Positions 1 to 6,618 are shown, numbered from the stretch's first letter. The stretch is DNA of 24,579 nucleotides from a virus (IMGVR_UViG_3300032305_001126:1-24579); one strand, 5' to 3'. Notes: generated by a model not told the origin, from the sequence alone. A program made the numbers and translations.

Positions 1-58
1 GACTGATGAACACAGTTTCTAGTCCCCAAATGACCAACTGGAATGCCTGACCACTAAG

Positions 59-86
59 TTGACGCCACTGGACAGACGTATATCTT
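59..86 (+). promoter_or_regulatory. Putative sigma70-type early promoter
   Basis: TTGACG (59-64), N16, TATCTT (81-86), upstream of SD AGAAGGAG and ATG 106. Confidence 0.5.
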
Positions 87-105
87 TGCCCCAACACAGA
101 AGGAG

Positions 106-345
106 ATGACCCACATGGACGCACACAACTCGGAATACCTCGGAGCCGTCGCCGCAATGCAGGACACCTACGGCACTGTTACCACCACGCCACCCAGCCT
201 CGCCGTTGGCGACTTCATCAGCGGCGTCACCGCCGGCAAGCAGTGGTCGGGCCACATTGAGTGGTTCAGCGAGGACGACGGCACGGTCGTCGTCAACGTC
301 GATCACGCATGGGTGCGGGTGCCGGTCAAGGACATCAGGTTTTGA
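106..345 (+). CDS. Hypothetical phage protein (79 aa)
   Basis: ORF with SD GAAGGAG immediately upstream. The beta-rich C-terminal half looks like a small SH3-like barrel. Confidence 0.7.
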   Translation: MTHMDAHNSEYLGAVAAMQDTYGTVTTTPPSLAVGDFISGVTAGKQWSGHIEWFSEDDGTVVVNVDHAWVRVPVKDIRF

Positions 346-456
346 AACAAGGAGCCCGGTGGAACCGGGAACGCCAAGGACGGGACTAGTGCCGCTGAGT
401 CAGGACGACAAGGCGGCTTTTAAGGACGGAAACGAAGACACGAAAGGAAATCGGAA
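346..456 (+). promoter_or_regulatory. GGA-rich structured leader or small RNA (candidate CsrA/RsmA-binding element)
   Basis: 10 GGA triplets in about 105 nt. Hairpins CCCGGT-GGA-ACCGGG (355-369) and GCCGC..GTC-AGGAC-GAC..GCGGC (391-417), the latter followed by TTTT. Confidence 0.4.
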
Positions 457-1332
457 ATGACAGTAGCGATCAGAAAGGCGAAGCGGTCGGCAACCAAGCT
501 GCGGCTGCTTCTCACAGGCCCGAGCGGCTCAGGGAAAACTTGGGGCGCTCTGCAAATCGCCAAGGGACTTGGCGGTAAGACGGTGGTCATCGACACGGAG
601 GAAGGCAGCAGCGATCTGTACGACACGCTGCACGACTTCGACGTCATTGACCTTCGTCCGCCGTTCTCGCCAGAGCGGTACATCGAGGCGATCACCGCAG
701 CCGAGGAGGCTGGGTACGAAGTCATCGTCGTGGACAGCGTCACGCATTGTTGGAGCGGTCCGGGCGGGTGCTTGGAACTGCTCGAAGACGTCGCGAAGGC
801 CCAGTTTCGCGGCAATACGTGGTCGGCGTTCAGCGTCATTACGCCACGCTGGCGAGCGTTCGTGGACAAGTTGCTGCGGTCGCCGGCCCACGTCATTTGC
901 TCTGGACGCAGCAAGACTGAGACCGCCCAGGTGGACGACCACGGCAAGAAGAAGGTCGCCAAGCTGGGGATGAAGCTGGAAGCCAGAGACGGGCTTGAGT
1001 TTGAGTTCACTTGCGTGCTCGACCTCATCCACGACGGGCACTACGCGACGGTCAGCAAGGACCGCACGGGCCTTTTCGCTGGCGATCCCAAGCCCATCAA
1101 CGTGCAGACCGGAGAGCGCATCGCCGAGTGGCTCTCGGGCGGCAAAGCGGTCGAGGACCAAGCGGTCATCGACGGTGCGAGGAAGGCGATCAACGACGCC
1201 ACGAGCGTTGACACGCTCGACAGATTGAACCAGCGGATTGCCCAGCGGCTCACCGAGGGGCGGATCTCGCAGGCGACGGCAGAAGAACTGGCGGCGGCGA
1301 TCACGGAAAAGCGGAACGGACTCACTCTCTAA
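457..1332 (+). CDS. AAA_24-family ATPase, Sak4-like single-strand annealing recombinase
   Basis: Walker A GPSGSGKT, VVIDTE, Walker B VIVVDSVTH, KDRTGLF motif. Lies next to an SSB-like gene, as is typical for Sak4. Confidence 0.8.
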   Translation: MTVAIRKAKRSATKLRLLLTGPSGSGKTWGALQIAKGLGGKTVVIDTEEGSSDLYDTLHDFDVIDLRPPFSPERYIEAITAAEEAGYEVIVVDSVTHCWSGPGGCLELLEDVAKAQFRGNTWSAFSVITPRWRAFVDKLLRSPAHVICSGRSKTETAQVDDHGKKKVAKLGMKLEARDGLEFEFTCVLDLIHDGHYATVSKDRTGLFAGDPKPINVQTGERIAEWLSGGKAVEDQAVIDGARKAINDATSVDTLDRLNQRIAQRLTEGRISQATAEELAAAITEKRNGLTL

Positions 1333-1350
1333 GCGAAAGGACGCAGGCTC

Positions 1351-1893
1351 ATGGATTGGGACATCAACATCGACGAGGACTTCCCGGCTGACGTTCACAA
1401 GACGATGCCAGAGGAACGCACCATCGTGCCGGTCGGTACGCATGTGGCGACGATCAAGAAGGCCGAGGAAGGCCCGAATCAGTGGAAGACGGACGAGACG
1501 AGCAATCCTGACGGCATCTGCCTCAAGCTGCGTCTGGTGGTCGGCAATCACAAGTTCATCTTCCACGATCTGCCGAAGCACCAGCCGTGGTTGGCGAAGC
1601 AGCTGGCCGACGCTCTAGGCATCGTACCGGAAGGCAACACGCTCCGCGTCGCGCCGTCCGAGATCGAGGGCCGCGAGGTCACGGTCGAGGTGACGCACTA
1701 CACCGCAAAGAGCGGCAACGTGTCAGCGGTGGTGAAGAAGTACGTGCCGCTCGCCAACAAGGCGGCGGCACCTAAACGGCAGACGCTGCCGCAGAAGGCT
1801 GCTGCGACGTTTAAGGCCGCAGCCGGTTCCGATGACATCCCGTTCGCCTGGCTGGCGGCGCTCGTCGCGAGCGTGCTCGGAGGTGCCGCATGA
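1351..1893 (+). CDS. DUF669-like / phage single-stranded DNA-binding protein
   Basis: Beta-rich pattern (PVGTHVATIKKAEE..ICLKLRL..IEGREVTVEVTH) and an SSB-type DDIPF motif near the C-terminus. Follows the Sak4-like gene. Confidence 0.6.
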   Translation: MDWDINIDEDFPADVHKTMPEERTIVPVGTHVATIKKAEEGPNQWKTDETSNPDGICLKLRLVVGNHKFIFHDLPKHQPWLAKQLADALGIVPEGNTLRVAPSEIEGREVTVEVTHYTAKSGNVSAVVKKYVPLANKAAAPKRQTLPQKAAATFKAAAGSDDIPFAWLAALVASVLGGAA

Positions 1894-2165
1894 CGCATCT
1901 CTACAAGTCGAGCGTGACTGACCACAACTTCACCCGCGAAGGTCTGAGCTACTTCGTCCAGCACGGCGAGTCGTTGACCGTTGACAGCGAACTGATGGTC
2001 AAGCTGACCGGCGGCGTGATTGTTCCCGCGAGGGGATGGCACGCAGAGTTTTCTGACGCCGTTCTTGAGGCGGCGCAGCGTATCGAGGCACTCGGGCACC
2101 GGCTGCTCTCGCAAGCCGACCGGCTCCGAGTTGAGGCGGCAGCATCAAAAGAGGTGACGGCATGA
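1890..2165 (+). CDS. Hypothetical protein
   Basis: ATGA overlaps with both neighbours; SD GGAGGT. Confidence 0.7.
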   Translation: MTHLYKSSVTDHNFTREGLSYFVQHGESLTVDSELMVKLTGGVIVPARGWHAEFSDAVLEAAQRIEALGHRLLSQADRLRVEAAASKEVTA

Positions 2166-2437
2166 GCAAGCCACCAATTCGGGCGACGACAAGTCCCTAC
2201 TGGATTGAGCACGCCAGACGGCGTCGCGAAGAGGAAAAGAACAGGCTGCTTGCGGAGCAGCAGGAGGAAGAGGACCGGCTCGACCTCGTGCCGCTGGAGC
2301 CGTGCCGGATTCCCCCAGAGTGCAGGACGCCGATCGTGATCAAGCCCGGCTCGCCGCACGCGGCAGCGGCTTACAGGGCTGGGCGAGAGGACGAGTACAT
2401 CGACGCGACGAATGGCCGCTTCGGCGGCGAGTGGTGA
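2162..2437 (+). CDS. Hypothetical protein
   Basis: ATGA overlap with the upstream gene; SD GAGGTG. Confidence 0.65.
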   Translation: MSKPPIRATTSPYWIEHARRRREEEKNRLLAEQQEEEDRLDLVPLEPCRIPPECRTPIVIKPGSPHAAAAYRAGREDEYIDATNGRFGGEW

Positions 2438-2483
2438 TCGGGCACGGTGCCCACGGTTCGATTGTTCCAAGGAGGGATCTGAT

Positions 2484-2804
2484 ATGTCCGCGAGATTTAT
2501 GGTTGCGATGACGCTGGCCCTGCTGCTGGGTGCTGCCTCGGCCAAGGCCGAGCAGACGTTCACGGTGACGACCATCGTGTCGGCCCAACAGGCGGCCGAG
2601 GACATGGCCCGCACGGGCGTGCTACGGCATTGCGGCCGGGCGGGTGGGCGGCGGGAGGGAATCGGCTTTTCCTCGAGCTCGGCCCAGCGGGCGATCGAGT
2701 CGTCGTGCTTCTGGCGGGATGCCCAGCGTGGCCGCTACCGGATCGTGGAGCAGGGCGTGGCCCGCGGGCCTCGCGGCTGGTTCGCAGTGATCCGTTACGA
2801 GTGA
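2484..2804 (+). CDS. Secreted small protein, minimal CAP/SCP-like domain
   Basis: SD AAGGAGG before ATG 2484. Signal peptide MSARFMVAMTLALLLGAASAKA; AQQAAEDMA..LRH..EGIG..GVARG..WF pattern. Confidence 0.55.
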   Translation: MSARFMVAMTLALLLGAASAKAEQTFTVTTIVSAQQAAEDMARTGVLRHCGRAGGRREGIGFSSSSAQRAIESSCFWRDAQRGRYRIVEQGVARGPRGWFAVIRYE

Positions 2805-2975
2805 TCCATCGACCGGCCCGCCCTGGTCGTGGTGGCGTCTGCATCCGCCACATGGGTCGCGTAGCGGGAGTCGCGGAAAACCACCGCAGTTGAGGCCGGG
2901 TTGTTTCGCCTTCCCCGGTGACTTGACCGCCTGCCCGGCGTAACCGGGCCAATACAAACGCTTGGAGCCACGCAA

Positions 2976-3353
2976 ATGATCAGACCGCACTACATCACGC
3001 CACCTGCCGACGAGGCCCTGCCGCTGTTCGCAGCTGCTCGGCGCAGGATTGAGTTGCCGATCCACGGCGATGTCAGCCAGGACTTGCGCATCAGGTCAGG
3101 ATCGCAGCGTTGGGAACTGCTGCGGCAGTACGTCGAGCACGGCCCGCTCACCAACGAGCAGGCTGGCGACCTGTCGGGGCTGTCTGCCCGGAAATCGTGC
3201 TGCTACTGGAAGCGGTGCAGCGAACTGCTCAAGCACGGCTACATCGAGGACACGGGCAAAGAGGCACTCAGCCAGGTCGGCGAGATGCAGCGGGTGTGCA
3301 TGGCGACCAGCAAGGGCATAGCAACGATTCAAACATTGGCGGCGTCTCGTTGA
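2976..3353 (+). CDS. Putative winged-helix DNA-binding protein
   Basis: HGPLTNEQAGDLSGL..YWKRCSELLKHGYIEDTG pattern; SD GGAG. Confidence 0.55.
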   Translation: MIRPHYITPPADEALPLFAAARRRIELPIHGDVSQDLRIRSGSQRWELLRQYVEHGPLTNEQAGDLSGLSARKSCCYWKRCSELLKHGYIEDTGKEALSQVGEMQRVCMATSKGIATIQTLAASR

Positions 3354-3470
3354 CGTGCAGGACGGTCACAAGTTTGAGCGGGCGTAGTGAGCGGGAATGG
3401 CAAGTAACGGCGCGACAGCCTCGCTAGAGGCGGCGGCGTGGGCGGTCAAGGGAACGAAAGGACTAAAGCA

Positions 3471-4334
3471 GTGAACATTAGCAATGCAACTTTTTCTCGG
3501 AATGGTGCCGCGAACAATCGTAACGGTGGAGTAACAACCGAAAAAATGCTTGTGACTCCACAGATGGCGCAGGAGTGGCTTAGCCGAAATGTTGGAAACC
3601 GAAACATTAACACGTCGAGAGTTGATCTGTTTGCGCGACTGATTCGGGAAGGCAAATTCCACCTGACACATCAGGGAGTTGCGTTTTATGCGGACGGCGA
3701 CTTGGCTGACGGCCAGACTCGTCTCTCAGCAATCATTAAGGCCGGAATCTCGGTATTAATGTTTGTTACTCGTGGGCTGCCGCGGTCTGCCATTCACGCA
3801 ATAGATGGCGGTCGTCCTCGCAGTGTGCACGATGTGATTCATTTCCTAGGAGTTGGTTTGTCAAAAAACCATGTTGCTGTATGTCGCGTGCTGTGGGCTC
3901 AGTACGACCTGCAACGCCGCGAAAATGCGTCTTCTTGGAACTGCAACACAGTAGATACACATTCTTTCGCGCAGTTTGCGATTGCTGCTGCTGACGCCAT
4001 CGAATTTGCGATGCCAGCATGGAAAAAGAAGGGCCTGACGCACGCTTGCTATGTTGCGTCTGTTGCCAGCGCATGGTTTACGCAAGACAGGGAATGCCTT
4101 GAGCGTTTTAAGCAGTTGATTTCCGATGGCGTCGGTGCCGAGAGGCATGAAACTGCGGCAATTACGCTGCGCGATTTCCTGCTGACATCTCCTCTTTTGA
4201 ATGGCGGTAACAGAGCACGGCAAGAGATTTTTATCAGATCCTGCACAGCATTACGCGCATTTCTTGATCGCCGACCACTGAGCAAGCTCTATGCTCGGAC
4301 TGAAGCTGTTTTTGACATTCCAAAAATTGTCTGA
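3471..4334 (+). CDS. Phage ParB/Srx-like N-terminal domain protein
   Basis: VTPQMAQEWLSRN..NRNI..V..F..QGVAF..G.L.DGQTRLSAI motif. GTG 3471 with SD AAGGA (alternative start 3438). Visibly AT-richer than the flanks. Confidence 0.7.
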   Translation: MNISNATFSRNGAANNRNGGVTTEKMLVTPQMAQEWLSRNVGNRNINTSRVDLFARLIREGKFHLTHQGVAFYADGDLADGQTRLSAIIKAGISVLMFVTRGLPRSAIHAIDGGRPRSVHDVIHFLGVGLSKNHVAVCRVLWAQYDLQRRENASSWNCNTVDTHSFAQFAIAAADAIEFAMPAWKKKGLTHACYVASVASAWFTQDRECLERFKQLISDGVGAERHETAAITLRDFLLTSPLLNGGNRARQEIFIRSCTALRAFLDRRPLSKLYARTEAVFDIPKIV

Positions 4335-4340
4335 CGACTG

Positions 4341-4385
4341 CCGCCCTCGTGATAGGCACGGTGCCGCTTCGACGCGGCTGGGCGG
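4341..4385 (+). other. Compact three-way-junction structure in an intergenic region
   Basis: CCGCCC/GGGCGG closing stem, CGTG-ATAGG-CACG and GCCGC-TTCGAC-GCGGC hairpins. Confidence 0.4.
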
Positions 4386-4402
4386 AATAGAAGGAGGGCC
4401 AC

Positions 4403-4600
4403 ATGGCCAATATCAACAGGCTGAAGAAGTTTTTGCACGACGCCGCAGACTGCTCGGAATGTGGCGAGGAAATGCTGAATCTCGAGGAGGCTGTCTTGTT
4501 TCTTGTTCAGCATGGCCGTTCGCAGAACATGAACGACGAGCAGTTAAGTCAGTTTTTGGCGGTGGCTTTTACGGAGTTCCTTTCGAAGGAGGGCCACTGA
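4403..4600 (+). CDS. Hypothetical protein (65 aa) flanked by a 13-bp direct repeat
   Basis: Strong SD GAAGGAGG. TGA overlaps the ATG of the next gene. GAAGGAGGGCCAC occurs at 4390-4402 and 4585-4597. Confidence 0.65.
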   Translation: MANINRLKKFLHDAADCSECGEEMLNLEEAVLFLVQHGRSQNMNDEQLSQFLAVAFTEFLSKEGH

Positions 4601-5454
4601 TGGCCGGTGAATGGATTCCCTACGACGTGTGCCTGCCCCACAAGCCCGAGGTGCTCGAGCTCGTTGACCGTACCGGCCTGCAGCCGGACCAGGTCGTCGG
4701 GCGGCTCCTCATGCTGTGGGGCTGGGCCTCGCTGAACTCGTCCGACGGCACCGCCCGGATGTCGGTCAGGCTGCTCGGCCGGATCTGCGGCGGTGACGAG
4801 GCGTTCTGGCAGGAGGTCGAGAAAGTGGGCTGGCTGGTGATTGATGCGGACAACGGAACTGTGGCGATCCCCGGATGGGAGCGTCGGTTCTCTAAGTCCG
4901 CTAAGTCACGGGCTTTACATGCAGTTAGGGCAGATGGTGCGCGTCAGCGCACCACCCCGTGCGCTTCGGCGCACTCACCACCGGCGCGTGGCGCACCAGA
5001 AGAGATAGAAGAGATAAGAGGAGATAGAAATTCTTCTTCTTCCCCCAGGCGAGCTGCGCAAGGACCGGGGCAGCCTGCAGGCTGGGAGACGCTACGGAAG
5101 GCGTGGGCAGCTGGCACAGGCCGCCCGTGGAAGCTGCCAAACGCCCCGGACAAGGTCGCAGACCGCCTGGCCGAGGAGGGCTGGTTTGAGAAGGCCTTGG
5201 CGGCCATTGAGGCCCTGCCACGGTGCAAATACTTCCGCGACCCGGTGACGCTGCCGCAGCTGGTGGACGCTGGCTTTGTGGACAAGGTGCTAGGCGGCCA
5301 GTTCGACAACTCACGGGACCAGCGGCCCGCGGGCGGCTACCGCGGCCCGGACGACAAGCCACCGGCCGAGGGATTCAAGGGCAAGGACGCCGACGACTTT
5401 GAGTACACGAGACGGAAGATGGTTGACCAACTACGCAAGGAGGTAACGACATGA
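4600..5454 (+). CDS. Phage replication initiator / replisome organiser-like protein
   Basis: Start MAGEWIPYD..KPEV..VVGRLLMLWGWA..GWL..IPGWER, a typical phage initiator N-terminus. Low-complexity linker with iterons. C-terminal FVDKVLGGQFDN motif. SD GAAGGAGG. Confidence 0.7.
   Translation: MAGEWIPYDVCLPHKPEVLELVDRTGLQPDQVVGRLLMLWGWASLNSSDGTARMSVRLLGRICGGDEAFWQEVEKVGWLVIDADNGTVAIPGWERRFSKSAKSRALHAVRADGARQRTTPCASAHSPPARGAPEEIEEIRGDRNSSSSPRRAAQGPGQPAGWETLRKAWAAGTGRPWKLPNAPDKVADRLAEEGWFEKALAAIEALPRCKYFRDPVTLPQLVDAGFVDKVLGGQFDNSRDQRPAGGYRGPDDKPPAEGFKGKDADDFEYTRRKMVDQLRKEVTT
4936..5042. repeat. Putative replication origin: 22-bp-period iterons plus a purine/AT-rich tract
   Basis: GCGCAC at 4947, 4969 and 4991. 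GTGCGC-N4-GCGCAC palindromes at 4937 and 4959. Then AGAAGAGAT repeats and AAATTCTTCTTCTT. Confidence 0.55.
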
Positions 5455-5672
5455 CCACGGCCGAGAAGGCCCCGCTGACGGCGAGGCAAAAAGAGGCGTA
5501 CGACTTCATCACGTCGCACATGGAGCTTTACTCGCCGACTGTGCGAGAGATCGCCAGGGCGATGTCGATTAAGAGCCCCAACGGCGTGGTCGTCCACCTG
5601 GACGCCCTCGAGCGGAAAGGCTGGATCACCCGCAGGCCCAACTCGACCCGAGGGATTGAGGTGACGCCGTGA
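5451..5672 (+). CDS. LexA-like N-terminal DNA-binding domain protein (no peptidase domain)
   Basis: LTARQKEAYDFI..PTVREIA..IKSPNGV..HLDALERKGWI.R..RGI; only 73 aa. Confidence 0.85.
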   Translation: MTTAEKAPLTARQKEAYDFITSHMELYSPTVREIARAMSIKSPNGVVVHLDALERKGWITRRPNSTRGIEVTP

Positions 5673-5830
5673 CGATCGAGCAGTGTGTGTGCATCGCCAT
5701 TGGATGCGTGATGCAGGGCGCGACGTTTGTGCTGGGCGTTCTGGTGGGACTCTCGATGAGAAAGGATTCACATCGTGAAGCTGAAGGACAAGGACTCGGA
5801 GGCTCCGAGCAGGTGGGACGAAAGCTGTAG
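5669..5830 (+). CDS. Small single-TM protein (53 aa, below the ORF-track cutoff)
   Basis: GTGA overlap with the LexA-like stop. Translates as MTIEQCVCIAIGCVMQGATFVLGVLVGLSMRKDSH... Confidence 0.55.
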   Translation: MTIEQCVCIAIGCVMQGATFVLGVLVGLSMRKDSHREAEGQGLGGSEQVGRKL

Positions 5831-5945
5831 CAGGAACAGCCTACGGCCCTCGCCGTGGGTGCGGCGGAGGATCAGGGAACTGGGCCTCAGTGGCAAGCTG
5901 GTCAAGCACTGGGTGCCACCGGCTGTGAAGCTGCTGGTGAGGTGA
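5775..5945 (+). CDS. Small basic hypothetical protein (56 aa, below cutoff)
   Basis: SD AAAGGA and GTG 5775. MKLKDKDSEAPSRWDE...KLLVR; its stop overlaps GTG 5942. Confidence 0.45.
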   Translation: MKLKDKDSEAPSRWDESCSRNSLRPSPWVRRRIRELGLSGKLVKHWVPPAVKLLVR

Positions 5946-6182
5946 ATGATGACAACTCACGGAGGATGGTTATGGCTGAGGAAATTGAGCGACTGCGGAA
6001 CGGTGCATTTCTAGCCCGCGAAACGGTGTGTCCTCACGTTCGCGGCACTGTGACTCAGCACTGCTCGCTCAACTTCACGCTTAACCGACTCGGAGCGGGA
6101 GGCGATTGAGGCGGCGATAGTTGGTCGATTGCAGTTGGCCGATTTCGCCACGCTCCGATCCATGCTGAAGAGGATGAAATGA
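5942..6182 (+). pseudogene. Frameshifted member of the 'LT..EREAI..ATLR..L.R' small-protein family
   Basis: Frame 0 reads ..EEIERLRNG..CPHVRGTVTQHCSLNFTL. The +1 frame from 6084 reads TDSEREAIEAAIVGRLQLADFATLRSMLKRMK* and ends in the ATGA overlap with the next gene. Confidence 0.6.
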
Positions 6183-6373
6183 GAATTGACGACGAGTGCC
6201 GCGACCCAGACCTCCTTGCCGCAGAGGTGCGGCGATTGCGAACCGTAATCGCAGCAGGCGAGCCAACGCTCACCCCAGAGGAGCGGGAGGCGATTGAGAC
6301 TGCTGTGCGGTGGCTGGAGCCATACCCGCCCGTCGCCGCCACACTCCGAAACGTACTGGAGCGTCTAAAGTGA
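6179..6373 (+). CDS. Small 'LT..EREAI' family protein
   Basis: EVRRLR..TLTPEEREAIE..AATLRNVLERLK; coupled starts and stops. Confidence 0.7.
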   Translation: MRIDDECRDPDLLAAEVRRLRTVIAAGEPTLTPEEREAIETAVRWLEPYPPVAATLRNVLERLK

Positions 6374-6618
6374 GCGGCGCATACGACTGCAACTACGATT
6401 TCGTTGACGACCCGAAGCAGGCTCTCGTTGAGGCTCACGAAGAGATCAGAGAACTGGAAAGCCAGCACGCTGCGGAGATCGCTCGCCTGCGTCTCGCCGA
6501 CGCGGAGCGCGAGGCACTCAGCGAGGTGGTTGACTGCCTCACCGAGACTGGCACCGCTCTCGTCAATGCGACGACCACGCGGAATACGCTCGCGGCCCTG
6601 CTGGCCCGTCTCGCTTGA
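6370..6618 (+). CDS. Small 'LT..EREAI' family protein
   Basis: GTG 6370 overlaps the previous stop; EIARLRLADAEREAL..NTLAALLARLA. Confidence 0.7.
   Translation: MSGAYDCNYDFVDDPKQALVEAHEEIRELESQHAAEIARLRLADAEREALSEVVDCLTETGTALVNATTTRNTLAALLARLA

Noticed and set aside
2-82. Possible operators ACTG-N7-CAGT (2-16) and TGGAC-N4-GTATA within the early promoter
   Set aside because: Short or imperfect, with no second convincing copy found in the window.
2440-2470. GGTTCGATT suggesting a tRNA T-arm
   Set aside because: No cloverleaf, acceptor stem or anticodon arm can be built. Kept only as part of a repeated motif.
4291-4599. N-terminal 103 aa of the 387-aa ORF in the track
   Set aside because: The true start is ATG 4600 (strong SD, family-typical MAGEWI). 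The upstream part overlaps the ParB-like gene and the 65-aa gene.
5795-5809. Perfect 15-bp palindrome CTCGGAG-G-CTCCGAG
   Set aside because: Single copy inside overlapping small ORFs; plausible by chance at this GC content.
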